DNA of 57,389 nt, filler included, from Sphacelaria rigidula (GCA_964200075.2; 7 parts of 7 records of this genome joined end to end with filler, not necessarily neighbours in it), one strand, 5' to 3'. Positions 26,601-40,632 are shown, numbered from the whole stretch's first letter. Numbers and translations are program-made. Notes: generated by a model not told the origin, from the sequence alone.

Positions 26601-28178
26601 CGCCTAGTGTTGGAGTTCTCCGCTCGAAACACAGGTCCCACTTCGAAAACTCGCTTCAGGTCTCCAGAGATGGCCATCTGCTTGTACAGTTGAGGTGACT
26701 GCGCCAGGCACGCTTGCTGCAACCACCGCAGATGCACCGAATGCATGAAAGGATTGCACACGCAGTAGAGAATGAGAAAAACGTGTCACCGGACGAAAAA
26801 GACAAGAACCACATCTCAAAATAGCACTCTCTTACATTCACCCACAACAGCAATGCCCTTGCGAACAGTGTACAGTCTAGCGCTTTTTGCGATGTGAATG
26901 AGCGACGGCTGTTCTTCCTGCGCAGACGACGTCATCATCACGTCTGTGATTCAAGAAGCCTGAAAAAGGTATCAAAAGATACAGGTTTATATATCAGAAG
27001 ATCCAGATATTTATCGAAACGTTCAAACGTCACTTTGGGAATACAAGTATGCCAGTCACGCAGTTCGAGCATTACACTTGAACGGAATGGAATGCTATGG
27101 AATGAAATATCCAAAGGTGCAACCAACACAACAAACACACGATGAACACACAATACACGCACCCGTCCGAAGTAGTCCGTGGTGAAGACCCCTGCTCCAC
27201 CTTCACTTTCACCGGGAATGATCTTCGGGGTGTGGATTTCCATGAATCCCTGCGAGTACAACGATTCCCTGCACGCGCGCACGTCAAATCGGGAATAAGC
27301 AACGAACAGAGTGTGATGGACACCCCACGAGCGCGCGCGGATGAAAAGGAAGCGCCGGACACTGTTGTTGCCTGCCGCGCAATGTTTGGATTCACCGCCG
27401 ATACAAGAAGGCCCTGTGTGACAACACTCTGAGTATTTATTTACGATAACCCCATGACCTATACCCTATATGGCTCCTCCATACATTACCGTGGGTACAC
27501 TTCTCTTGGCAACCACAGCTGAATTCGCAGTGGATCAGACGGTGAGATGGTGCCACGCAATCAACCAATCAATCATCAATACTCTTGACGTTGAGTATTG
27601 CGTGTATTTTTGTACAGTCCTCGCGTCAGCTCTCTTACTTAGCCTCGCGGTCGGAAAATAGACGCATGCGTTCATCATATCCTGACTGCCTGTGAAACAC
27701 ATGATCTCTGGCGGGGGCAAGGGGGGTGTAGTCATGATCTTGCATGCCGTAGTCATAGGACCCTTGACCTCGCGTCCCTACAAAGCCGGACCGGTGCACG
27801 CCGGGTTTTCGCCGGATCAGGCTCGCAATCACCTAGCGCGAAGCGCCGTGGTGTGCTCAGCGAGTGGCATGGAGGGTGAGCTGTATCCTGCTACGATTGT
27901 TCTTTTCGGTCCGCGGTCCGAAGCGTGTAGATCATCTTGCATATGGACGACAGGCTACAAGTGAGTTGCTTCATCTCCTGGTATCGCCACTTTCAGAGAC
28001 AGCCACGGGGAACTGTAGGTGGGGGGGAGGGGGAGGGGGGGGGGGGGGGCGGCTTTCGCTTCGTACCTGTCAATGACATCTTTCTTCATCTNNNNNNNNN
28101 NGGTGTGGGGGGGGCGGTGGGTCAGGGGGGGCGCTCTCCCCTTGCATCCGCGGGCGGGGCCCGGTGAGGGGGGGGGGG

Positions 28179-28224
<46 letters not shown>

Positions 28225-29148
28225 CGGCTTTCGCTTCGTACCTGTCAATGACATCTTTCCTCATCTTCAAAACACGCAGTGCAGCCGTAGGAGCGCATTG
28301 CACACATACACGTGACACATTAGACGATCAAGTACCCACATGCAGGATAAGTGTTGGCTAGTAGGTACGATGAGTGTAGACTACTGCACCGACGAAGACG
28401 ATGACGTAGCCCACTTTTGTGCACAACACAAAACAACGCAGCAACCGCACCGGGGATAGCAGTTCGCGCGCCAGGAGTGCAACAGCGCAAAATTCCGTGT
28501 GATACGGTAGTGAACACTCGGCATGATATCCATCGGTATCCCGCTGAGCCCTTCCACCGCCGAGTGAAAACCTCGTGTCCCAAACCTGACTCAACATCCT
28601 TTTTCATCCATACTAGAACGGAAGCAATCGTGCGCTCCATCGGCTATGATATGGACTTGAAGTCATGCATAATTTTGTTCAAGTTTGGGTCACTTAGTGG
28701 CGATTTGTTTCTCAATCTTCGGAGCAAGAATGGGTACGCGGGAAAACAAATTTCCTGTACAAGCGAGGAGTGAAAAAAACAGGATACCATCCCGTCTTGA
28801 ATCACTCCCGTCCTTGACGACCGTGTGGGAATGCTGCTCCATCGCGCGATACTGACATGAGAGAGACAGGCAACTTAACTACACTTCCAATCTGGTGGGA
28901 CCCCGTATTCTCAGTCATTCGACTGGCGGGGGCAGACAAAATACTTGACACTCGGTCATCTCTCATGGAAGCATAAACACGAACAGATGAAAACTACAAA
29001 CAAATGTCAGGCTTTCGGCATGGGTTTCGGCGTGAAAAGACGGCCAGGCAGTCAAAGCTACCTCGGAATGACTTGTCCCCCTGTCTCAGAGGGTTTCGCC
29101 ACGCACTAGCGATTTTTGGTTAGTGTAGCTCGACTTTAGATCGGAAAC

Positions 29149-29182
<34 letters not shown>

Positions 29183-32100
29183 ATCTTACCAACCTTCACG
29201 ACTCACGAGAGCGCGATGAGCCCATGCGAAATCAACATTCGTGCTTCATAGAAGTGCATGACCTGCATGCACTTGTATGAACAAGGACAACTTGTTCGAT
29301 TTTGCACAGGTCTTCTTTTTCCCGATCCAGAGTCGGGCTGCTGGAACCAACATTGCTGAAGTGTGCCGTGAACCTTCCAGACAGTGGCGCAAGTCATTCC
29401 GAGGGTGGCATGCTCCGCCTAGCCTTACCTACCCTTATCTACGCGCGAAACACTCTGTGTAACGACCACGATAGGGATTTCGCATCGGTTCTAGTCCACG
29501 GCCGCTTCTCACGATCCGAAAGAAGAGTCTGTGATTTTTGCGCGCAGTGAACGTTCGCCGAAATCTTTTCACGATAAAAACAGCTCGCAAAATGGTGTCT
29601 CGAAACTCTGAACATCGTGTGGAGTGTGGAGTGTGGAGTGTGGAGTGTGGAGTGTGGAGTGTGGAGGGTCTTACACCGAGATGGGAGCACTCACCCTCGT
29701 GACACTTGTCACCATTCACTTGATGAACTAAAAAGCGGCCACAGTACAGTCATATATACTGCCTGTACTACCTTAACTCGTACCTACGTGCACCGTGCAG
29801 TATGATGCCGATCGTGCGTGCAACTCCTGCACAGCTGTGTGCTACAGCCATGCGTACAGTCTGTTACTGTTGCATAGCGGCAATCGCTGCATCGTACTGT
29901 TGCTGCACCGTACAGTATCTGTCTTGTCCTCATTATGCAGTGTCCAGCTCCACCTCATGTATGTACGGTCTGTACAGCTGTTAAACAGTTGCATCGTGCG
30001 TGATGGGAGGCCTCCTTCTATTGACAAACCGTTTCTCGATGACTTTCTGTTTCTCCGTACCTCCGAACACCGAAGACACTTTGCTTGCTCGACAGACGGG
30101 CTGGAAAAGAACCTCTCTGGGAAGCTTCCCATCTCGGAGAACGTTTCCCGCAAAGAAAGACCCGTAATACAGTACACGGTTTCAGGAAACCACCTGGAGA
30201 AAAAATGTTCTAGAGGGTAAAATTGTATCGTAATAAGTGGCTTGGAAGACACGATGGGAACGTGCCAAGCACAAGAATTCTTCGGGCAATCAGTGAAATC
30301 GGCACCATTTTCCCTACGCGGATCAATGCCAACTCTTTCAAGACACTGGCTGACCATTCAGATGTGCACCATTTTGTGGCTCCGGGCCCGAGTTATTGGC
30401 GGTCTCTTTCATGCAGCTGCAAAATAATGCACCACCAAGGTTTGCATGCAGCTCATGTCACCAACTGAGAATAGAACACCAACTCAGCGTGTTGAACCAC
30501 TTTTTCTCGGAGATTCAAATGTTGAAATTAACGTGGAAAAAATGTATCTTCTTGCCTGAATAGTTGGCACACAGCGGACTGCACCCGCATGATGGCATTG
30601 TTGGCTGGGGTGCGAAGGTCCATCCAGCGGTTGTCTAATCGGATGTCTTGTCCCAACCGCAGCAACGGGCGCTCTGTGTCCTGCAAATCGCAAAATAGTA
30701 AGATTCAAGCATCGCCAAAAACTATGTCATTGCGAAACACTGATGAAGCTGATGCTTGAATCAATGAATGCGGAAAGCAGGAAAGAAGGGGTTCAGGTTG
30801 GACGCATTGCTGGAGTGGCTCGGAAATATAGAATCCCTCGGCGAGCTTATCCAATGAAATTGTGCCCATTTTGGCCTCAAAAGTAGTACTTTCAAGTTCT
30901 AAGGGCTGTCATTATCTCTTCTGGTGCGTGACTCAAACACTTGCCACCCCTCTTTTCTCCGGTCGGAAGAAACGTTTTGTGCCAGACACAACAAACGTCT
31001 GACTCAGCGCTTTGGCATAGTCGATTGCAAGTATCAGCAGTATGACGGGCGCGGGGCAGGCGTTATTCGTCGTGTAGATAACTATTATCGTCATCACAAA
31101 ACAGCACACAACACCGTCCAGCACGTCACGACTGCCCGGTCAACTACTTCCTCAGGTGCTGCAAAGAAGTTAACTGTGATATGTTGGGTTTTCAGCAGGC
31201 ACGCTCTCAACAGGGGGGGGAGGGGGATGGTGTGGTCGGTAAGAGGTACCGGCGCTGGTGGATGTTATAAAAAGAGCGTGCTTCTTTTCAAGAGAGAGGA
31301 GGGACAGCGATCAGGCGATGAGAGCCACCGCATGATTACCACTACCCCACTCGACCCTTATGACTATGGCACGCATGATCATGAGTACACCACTCGCGAA
31401 TTGTGCGACGCACAAAGCAGCATACGGAGAGAGAATCAGAGAGACGGGGGCGGGGTGGGGTGGGCCAGGGGAGGTAGCGGCTCGGCCATAACAGACCAGG
31501 CCCTCAACTTGTGGGCTAGACCCGTGCGTTTGTGCTCCCCTGCACTGTTCTGAGCACCCAAAAAAATGTTGGGCGCTGCTGTAAGTGTCACACCGAGACG
31601 TTGAATACTCTCAGAGATTCTGCGCACACGATTCGGATCGCTGTCCGGCTGTACGGTTGCCCATCACGCCATGTAGTGTACTAACTTACTGCTGCCGATT
31701 GAACAATTCTGAATGCTGTACGCATCTGCAAAGTTTATTTCAGGTGCGGGAATGCCGCGAAATCAAGCCAGCCGAACGAATATCAAGTGGATAAGCGGGT
31801 TGCAACTATGGCCAATACCGGCTGATCCCTATGCAAACCCACCATTAACTCGTACACGAATCGCAGTCCGCGGATAAATTACGCTCAACGAGGACTGACT
31901 ACCCAACACTCTAGACTTCAGACTTGACTACTACAGTGTCACCACCGTCCTCGTTCATCAGCGCTTGTCGCTTGTATCGTACCAACATCTGCTGCCATAT
32001 CGTGTACATGTTTTGGGCTGGCTCCCTACTTCTTGCGCGGGGGACTCATGACGATGCCCAACAAGTCGCTACAGTTCGCTGCCGCGTCCCAATGGTCTAA

Positions 32101-32408
32101 ATGTTCGATTTTATTGGACCATTCATTTCGAGTGCTTCCGTACATCAATGTTGGGTACATCTATCCGCCCTGTACCAGTGTAGCAGAAGGCACGGTGTCC
32201 CGCGGCAGCGATATCACGGCTAGTTTCGTAGCTGGCCGGTTGTCATGCGATAATCACTCTATCAACCCGTCAATCCGTCGAACCCCAGGATTACCTGGCT
32301 AGCCTCCACCTCCTCCTCGCCCCTGGAGGCGTCTTCCACGCTGAATGGAATTATCGTGCTCGACCTGCTCACGCAGTACACACGCTCCACCTGGATCTCA
32401 ACTATTTG
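26601..32408 (-). CDS. DARS: Aspartyl-tRNA synthetase, eukaryotic cytosolic type, 4 internal exons
   Basis: Exons: 32408-32295 ([24 protein letters not shown]), 30680-30556 ([31 protein letters not shown]), 27268-27163 ([34 protein letters not shown]) and 26716-26601 ([38 protein letters not shown]). Class II motifs 1 and 2 are present and phases are consistent. Confidence 0.95.
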
Positions 32409-32695
32409 CTGCCGTGAAATCAAAGGTGTGTTGACGTAAACAGAAACGTATGTTTTACGCGATTGGGGGTGGGGAAAGCGTGAATAGGGCTAAGAACAGA
32501 GCAACAGACCGCTTGGTACTTGATACCACAACAGCAAAATGCCGCTAATGACAATCCACAGATTGATGCCACGACGGTGCTTTGATGGGAACAAACATTT
32601 CGAAGGTGCTTCCGAAAGAGTACGATACTCCAGTTACGCTGGGTTTCCACAGTAATTTCACTACTCAATTTTTCGGAGTACGTCTTCAGCCGGTC

Positions 32696-32753
32696 GCCCC
32701 GGTGGCTCAGTTGGTAACCTCGTAACCTTCTGATGGTTGAGTTGTGGGGTTCG
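32696..32753 (+). mobile_element. tRNA-like Pol III head of SINE family A, cut by the contig end
   Basis: GCCCCGG-TGGCTCAGTTGG (A box)...CTGATGGTTGAGTTGTGGGGTTCG (B box). The second half matches the reverse complement of 4592-4615. Confidence 0.65.
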
Positions 32754-32853
32754 NNNNNNNNNNNNNNNNNNNNNNNNNNNNNNNNNNNNNNNNNNNNTTA
32801 ATTAATTAANNNNNNNNNNNNNNNNNNNNNNNNNNNNNNNNNNNNNNNNNNNN
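32754..32853. other. Artificial contig linker
   Basis: N44-TTAATTAATTAA-N44. Confidence 0.97.
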
Positions 32854-33029
32854 AGAAAAAAGAAAAAAAAGCAATGTGCGGCAGAAAAAACGAGACCAAA
32901 CAACCACCCCACCACAAACAAAAAGGAAAGCAAGAAAAAAAAAACATCACGATGGGGGGGGTGCGGCGCAACACATGCGCACAACAACCCACCAGAATAA
33001 ACACGAGATTACATGCGTGCATACAATAC

Positions 33030-35053
33030 CTACATTTTCCGGTGTGAACCTCCTCACCGTCTAGATGGCGCAAAAGGCGATTTTCAATGTAAAACAAATC
33101 GTGGATCTCGCAACCCCTAATCAACATCATCTTGTTGTCGACATCGACAAACATGGTCAGCCGCGTCCCCGTGGCGAAATGCTGAGTACATTCCAAACCA
33201 CAGTGCGATAATGCATACCCTTGCGGCAAACACCTCGTTCTCTCTTACTTTGCGTCATATTCTCTCTCCAAACCATATTCTCATAACGTACACATCACCC
33301 TGCTCATCGGATTCTCCGAGGCCCTCCCCCCCCTCCCCCCTTCCAACCCTGCATGCTCACCAAAAGCGTTCGCTTTTTCAGATCCTTCCTCGGCAAAAAC
33401 CAAGCTCAGCTCTTCCCAGGGGAGGCGGACGAAGGGTCGGTGACCGATCCGGTGGCCACGCTTTCAAAATCCGCCCACAATGCGGCCATGTCACCCAGAC
33501 TGTCCACCCTCTCATTTTCCTCAGCCCCGACATCGCTGAGGTCTGTCCCATCCTCTACATCAGCATCGACGGTAAATCCACCGTTCCATTCCACGGGCGT
33601 CTTCAAGGAAAATTCCGGGAATCCCCCTGCCGGTGACCTGCACTTGACCATCAAGCAGCACGCAACACCGAGCAGAGCAGCACGTGGTTGGTAGGCTTGT
33701 TTAGTCTTACGTTTTCACCTCCCAGCACCGTAATTGGACGTCAATCGGGTGGGACTGGGGCGGGCGGGCGGGCCTCGCGGGGGGGAGGGTGTACTCATAA
33801 TCTTGCATGCCATGGTCAGAAGACCATTGACCTCCCATCCCTACGAAAGCCGGGACACAGCATCGCCGGATCAGGCTCACAGTCACCGGGGGCGGGGGGT
33901 TGGCACAGTTGTTCTCGGTGGAAACACGACGCCTTACATCGACAATGTTGTTGCCACGTATATGCCGCGCATCGTGTCGTAGTTATCGGTGCATAAGGCA
34001 CCATCTTCGCAGTACGTACGGCACAGGAGTATATTGGTGATCGCGCCATCAGTAAATGTGGCTATTCATGTACGTGCGGACACCTCAGTAAAGCACACAG
34101 CCGAACGATGCGATAGATGAACAAAAAAGGGTACAGCTTCCCCCCATCGACTGTGGGGGAAAATCGCTGCTGCACGTCTAGCGGCTGAAACTTGTAGTTT
34201 TTCTTTCACTCGTGCTGACCGCCGGTTTCCATTTCGCGTCTATCTACCGTAAAGATACTCGCCATCGCACAGGGGTGTCTACCCGATTGATATTTCAACA
34301 ACGAGGAGGGTGCGGAAGTCGATCGGTTACTTGTTGGAGAGTCCTCGGCGAGATCTTTGCAATGACACTTTATTCGACACTGGCACCCTCTCCGATATCC
34401 AAATAATGGGCGGAGAACTTTATTCGCATCTCTAGACGATCACGCGCATCCCTAAGGTACGCCTACAAAAAGGTCATCCTCAAACACAAAACAATAAATA
34501 CAATGGACCATCAGGGAATGAAATCTCAGAACAAAAACCATTGGGCGTTCAAAGGGTTGATGGTTTCTGAGCTGACGGTCCAAAAATCAGGGTGAAGTCG
34601 AGAGGCGACGGAAACAAGTGTAAACTGGTGGCGAAATATGGTCACCAGACGGAGCCAACCAACCGAGCAGCAAAGCAAGTGAACAAAACGACGGGCCGCA
34701 GTCGGGCCCGGGCCCTGCATCTTGTCGTGGAATGCGATACTCTAGGGTGGCAGATCGATTCACTCACATCAACTGATCCGCTGCGATACGATCAAGCACT
34801 GGTCACAAGATATAGACGCACACCAAGGTGGACGAACGAAAAGGCAACTAGAACGCAGCCCTGGACGTATACTCTCCACGTATACGTATGTCAACGCTGT
34901 GTACGTCCGTCCGTCCGTCCGTACGAAGTCACGAGATTCGCCGTACCTCTTGAACATTCCCGGGCGGTGGATCGGGGTTTCCGGTTGGCCACGGCGCCAC
35001 GGGCTGATCGTGCCGGAGCCAACACTGCTTGGCGGACTGACCACCAGTGGAAG
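33030..35053 (-). CDS. Unknown protein, 3 candidate exons, with an apparent 1-nt frameshift near 33420
   Basis: Candidate exons at 35053-34947, 33637-33361 and 33219-33030 have AG/GT boundaries. Phases join only if the G4 run at 33419-33422 were G5. No family recognised. Confidence 0.4.
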
Positions 35054-36401
35054 CTGTCAACCAAATTGAGAGAGGGACGAGAAGGACGTACGTGAACAGT
35101 GAGTGCAAAACGTGTTGGGGGAAGTCTGGTATGGGATGAAACCCAGACATCGATTCGGTACCCGGCAAGCAATAGTGCCCCCCCCCCCCCTTCACCTCCT
35201 CACGCACACGACAAACAGTCGTGCTCAGATTACGCTGTGATGCTTTCTTTTTCTTCCCAACTTCGAACTTTAAAAAGCTCAAATAGACTGGTGGGGTAGG
35301 TAGACTAATCGCTGAGGTATGTTCATGCCGTTGTGATGGTTTGACTTCCGCATGGTCTGGACTGCGCCGCCCGTGCCCGGAGTTGTAACTATTCTCGACC
35401 GACCAGGCCAATCCATCACTCTGAGTTTTCATCGCCGCGTTTTTGTGACCTTCGACCTTCAAACTTCGAGCGTTCGGATACTGGAGATTGAGCTATCATA
35501 TCAACGAATGGAACGAGAAATGACGCTGCTGTTATCAACTAGCCTGGCCCAGACGTACCACATCCGTACACTATCTTCGGTGAAGATGATGGTCACGGAA
35601 TGAACGAGATTGTGTCTACACCTGAGAACAGGTGAACATTCAGCTTTTACTTACCATGTTATTATAGCACGGGTTCGAAAACATTGTTCATCTTGAAAGT
35701 AATGATGGGTCACATGCACACAGAACCTGCGCTGGCATAATAAGTAGAAGCCTATTACAGTGAACATTAAGAAGGTGTGTGACTAGGAGAGAGCGTGACG
35801 CAGTAGATCGCAAATATGCACGGTAGATCATGTACAGAAGAAAGTGTTGATTAGTGTATGACAATGGAGGACTACAGTATTTTGGGCTCATTTGGGCTCA
35901 TTATTGGCAAACGAAGCGCGTTCATCAACGTTGTTATAGGAAGTCATGTTATTATAGGGGGAAGAGAAAGGAGCAGGCATACATGCAAGCACCGTCAACT
36001 CATGAACGGTCGAAGGGAGAGACGAGCGCGTCGATTTGGGGTATGACTTCATGAATTCTGCGTCTCAAATCAAATGCACGCGCATATCAGCATTCTCAAC
36101 CACTGACATGCGATAAACGAATACGTGAAATCGCGGACGTGCGCCAATGCGCCACCGTTGATCACTTGTTCGTTTTTAATATATGAATTCTTCTACAGGG
36201 AGGATGTCATCAACACCTTGCCGGCCAAAGGGGTTGAATTCAAGATATGGGAGACGACGAGGATGTCAAAGTGACAGTGGCGTTTCCTAAACGACCCATT
36301 AATAGTGTAAGTGTTCTGGATAGAAAATCACATTAGCCACGCCGGGAGGGGGGACGGTCGGTGCGATCCATCGAACACGAACGCACGACAGGAGAGACAA
36401 G

Positions 36402-38857
36402 CTACCCTCGAAGCGTTAGGGAGTTATGATTGCGGAGACCCGAAGCTGTGAGGGATTCTCGCCCGGGCCATTGCTTGTAGACGAGCCAGCACCATGGGCC
36501 ATCCTTGCGTGTGAACGTTTCTCTGTGCTGCCAGCACCATGCCCACAGCAGGCATAGTGCAAACGAAATCGTACAAAATCTTCGCAAGGTCGACGTCATG
36601 CATATCTCAAATCCATTTACAACTGCTACCACCGCTGCTAGCACCAGTACTCGTACAGCCCTCACCCTTCGCGCCAAGAAGCACGATACGGGACGGCCAT
36701 CCGGCAGCCGCTCAACACTATCCTCCAACACCTCGAATCCGTAGCGCCCCCCGAACACGCGTGCAAGCTCGCCCCTCCTGAGAATCTTGTTGGCATCCTT
36801 GGGCGTTTCGTGGGGCCACCGCTCCATGATTGCTGCCGATCTCGCCGCCTCCAACGCCGCTCCTACCGCTCCCTTCTTCAGGCTCAATTTCGCTCTGCGA
36901 CGGCCTTCACCACCACCTTCGCTGTTGCGCCCAACGTCCCTGTCGCCGGATCTCACTGCTCCTTCCCGGGACGGAAAACCTTTGTTGGTGACATTCGTCG
37001 CGTTCTGGAAAACGGTTCTCGTGTTTGCCCGCCCGGACGATGCCCCTCCACCATGCTGAATTCTCGTCTCGTCAGCATCATCATCATCACCATTTCTTGT
37101 CTCCATGCTACGCCTGGTATGGGGTTCTTTTTCTTCGACGAATGTGGACAGAAGCAAGTAGCCTCCACGGGGATCCACGAGCTTGGCCAGGGTATCAAAC
37201 GCGTTCCGCTCCAGAAAGCGAACCGCCACCACCAGGCCATACACGGTGGATGAGTCCGAGCCCGCATCCGAAACAGAAAACTCAGGTGCTCCAAACACAA
37301 CTCCTTCGTGCCTCCCTATTTCACCGGCGTCAGCACCATCGTTCGCATCGCCCTTCGCCACTCTTCCTCCAGCCAAGGTTGCAGCTGTAGATCCAGTGCT
37401 GCCGAAAGCCCCGCCCCTGTCCGTGTCCCCAAAGTTCGCCCTGATATCTCGCTGGCTGGCGTCGTAAACTGCCATTGACAGGTGTTCTTGACACAGGGTC
37501 AGTTCACCGGATTTCTGAACTTTCCCCTTTCGGGCGTCGACGCTAGAAAAGCGGAGATGAGGCGGGCGGGGAACGGAAGGAGGGGGGAAGTGCAGTTCAA
37601 TTATCGATTGATTCGCCAGCCACCAGGATAGTTCAGGATGGTTCCTATTATTTCGCGTACATTCGCGAGAGAAGCTGTTTGAACCTCCGTTCACTTGTTT
37701 GGCTACATGATGGGAATATTTGCTAACCCAGAAAGGACTCAGGATGGTTGAGCAGCATATCCGATAGTGGGGAGTGGGGAGTGGGGAGTGGGGAGTGGGG
37801 AGTGGGAGATAATAATTTTTTCGGGTGCGCAGTCGTATGACCACAAGGCTAGGATGGAGCACGTCGGGCCAGGTTCGCAATCACCAAGCGCGAAGCATCG
37901 TGATGTGTTCAGCGAGTCGCATGAAGGGTGAACGGCATCCGGCTGAGGTTGTTCGGCCTGAAGCGTACCGATTATCTTGAGTATGATTGGGGGGAGGGTG
38001 AGAGCGGAGAACGGGTGTGTGCTTGGCATTTATTCTACGTAGCCAACGAAAGTTGGGTTATTGGAATTGTCCCCCTATATATAGACGGTATAATCAAACA
38101 CACGGCCCTTCCGCCGGGACGTGAACGCTCCATATAAAGTATGCACGCTCATCGTTACCTCTCGGCGACGCCCATTCTCCGCGCAAGATCTGCCGTTTTA
38201 ATCAGTGCTTGCTGCCAGCAGTCCACAGCCATCACCTGGTGTAACGGCATTAGGCACAACGTGCATACCGTTCACGTAGATGAAACAAATGGGGTAAATA
38301 TTGGGTGGTCACAGTCAAAACAGGTACAGAGGGAGAATCTAGGCATGTAGCCACCAGGGACGAGACAGATATTACTTCTTCGGAGTCTGCGGACTTTCAA
38401 AACACGATAAAGATTCTTCACAAATATTGTAAACCATTGTATCTATTGTAAAACAAATTTTAGAACTCCTGTGTTGGCCTTCCTCCTGTGAGACCCCGGC
38501 TCATGTGCCCGCATGTACCGAAAGGTGTAGACTGGCGTCCAGAATAGATGGGATCACAACACACAACACCTCTCACAGTAAAAAGACGGCACAGTGAAAC
38601 AGATGTCTGTTGCAACAAGTAGTATGACGTTATGTCGTTGTCCAAGGCGTGGGATGCGACAATGATGACCAACACTACTGTTGATGTTCTCTTGAGAAAG
38701 AAAAAGAAGAAAAAACGCACCGTCCATCCCCGCTTGGCAAGCCACACGGCGTCTCTGCCCGCACCGCACCCGATGTCGATACACGCAAGGGGAAGCCTGT
38801 TGCAACAGCAGCAGTACCAGCAGCGCAAGACGACGCGACAACATTCCGAAAGATGAC

Positions 38858-38895
<38 letters not shown>

Positions 38896-40632
38896 CGGCG
38901 ACAAATTAACACAGAATGAGGTACAATTCGACAAAGCGGCGTTGAACAGCGATAGCGCGACACAAGGGGGACAACATACCAACACCGCTGGTACCTATCA
39001 GCCGCAGACAAATCATTGGTGCTACTTGAACGAAACGAAATTCAGTTCAATACGATATGTAGGGGAAGCGTTGTATATTCCGGTACAACAACGCATCAAA
39101 ACTTTTTGACGCAACCAACAAGACTAGCACCAACACAAGGGAGAGTCATGCTACGATAAGGGGGGGGGGAGCGGGGGCGGGGGGTTCTCGGCTAATTTTT
39201 CCACGAAATTTTCACCTCAAATCGTCGTTGAAAGCAGCAACGGTTGTCCGAACGCGCTTATTACCGATTAATAACTCTCATTCATACGGCTTGACACCGT
39301 TTTTACCCATATGCAAGCACACCGCGAGAATGTTAGGCCCACTGACACACCTATGAGTCCCTTTTTTTTCGTGGAATCACCCCCCCCCCCCCTCTACATT
39401 GCTCACATTACTCCGTCTCGAAAGGGATGCGTGTTCAATGGTCAAACGACCAAGGTAAGCAACGAACGAGTACGCTTCCCTCTACTTTAGCGTAGCCGTG
39501 GGTGCGTGCATCTACGTGCACCAAGCTACAGCCACACTATTTTCATGCTTATGCCGATGATCCCACCAAAATATTCACACTGAAATAGAATGTAGAATTA
39601 TCACACGTTGGACAATACACTATACGGTCAATAGTTGCAGTAGACAACAAATGTACTGCGTTTTTTTTGTCGCACTTTGAATCTCTTCCCTTCCTCGTGA
39701 CGAGTCCGTGGTCTACTAGTCTCGAGGGATCAACCCATCTCTGCTCCGGTACACGCCTTGCATTGTGGTCTCGCGGATTAGGTCATGACTATCAGTACTC
39801 CCGCACCGCGTCAACTCTCGCCAAACAAACCTCAGTCAACTACTTTGTTTACTCACGTTCTCACGCTTTCCACGGTGGAAATCAGATACTACGAAGAAGA
39901 AAAAAAAACGCATCGGGAATCGAACCCTCGTTCTCTCCACCCTAATGGCGACAGTCGGACATCGGGGCGCGGCGCAAAAAGTCAAGTATGAGCCTAATGC
40001 GACCATTGTCGGGATTGTTCAAGGCGTGAAAATAGCGAAGGTGGCGTTTCGTAGGGCATACCCGGAAGTGAGAGATTTTTGGTTCGCATACTGAACCAAA
40101 CCGAAATGTGTACCGGAACCATTCCCGCATGGTTCGGCAGGGTGTCGACCCTTGTTCCGAACAATCCGGGTATGGTTCGGATGAGTATTTCCCGACAAAA
40201 TACCTGTTCCATGAGTGGTTCTACGGTAGGGGTGCACAGTTTCTTTCGGAGATTCTGCATTGCCGGAGCCTCTCGACGACGAACATCTGGGCCTTACTCA
40301 GTGTGCAGCCTCAGAAAACATTTGGACTAAAGAAGTTCACCCCCCCCCTACCCCAACAGTAGAATCCCTTTTTATACTTCTGTGAAATACCCGATTTTTC
40401 AGCCGGTATATCCTTCAGAGCAAAACCATGTACATTTTGTCAGCGCGAGAATCAAAACAACGCTCTTGAGAGAGCACAACAAACCAAACGCGGTCTCCAA
40501 GGACACAAAACTCAGATCGGTTCGCAGGCGTCATCACTGACCCCGCATGTTGCAGCTGAGGCTCCAGTTCGGCCACAGCTCTCGTGAGGAAAGGAGAAGG
40601 GGTGAACAGCGGCGTCCACGAAGGGTCTGCAC
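36402..40632 (-). CDS. Class I SAM-dependent methyltransferase (TehB-like), 3' part, 4 exons
   Basis: Exons: 40632-40542 (LFTPSPFL), 38796-38721 (CIDIGCGAGRDAVWLAKRGWT, motif I), 38235-38159 (VMAVDCWQQAL) and 37542-36402 (YGLVVAVRFLER...GGYLLLSTF...ILRRGELARVF...FEVLEDSVERLPDGRP). Phases are consistent. Confidence 0.8.
39661..39955 (-). mobile_element. tRNA-derived SINE family B copy, intronic
   Basis: Reverse complement of the 12636-12926 type. It has a T-rich tail TTTTTTTTGTCGCACTTTGAA and B box (rc GGGTTCGATTCCCGA) at ~39913-39927. Confidence 0.7.
40224..40353. mobile_element. Degenerate MITE related to 48774-49002
   Basis: Left end TA|CGGTAGGGGTGCAC; degenerate right end AAGAAGTTCAC(C)nTACC. 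Confidence 0.45.

Noticed and set aside
28045-28268. Duplicated GGCGGCTTTCGCTTCGTACCTGTCAATGACATCTTTC block or micro-exon (similar cases at 10140-10330 and 46170-46430)
   Set aside because: The duplications flank N10 gaps and G/C homopolymers with low-quality sequence, so they are probably assembly artefacts. AspRS exons join without this block.
32696-32753. Functional tRNA gene
   Set aside because: The D-stem partner is poor, the sequence is truncated, and it matches the head of the dispersed element at 4592-4615.
33406-33408. In-frame TGA as selenocysteine
   Set aside because: Readthrough gives the wrong phase for the next exon and meets another TGA. No redox motif or SECIS was seen.
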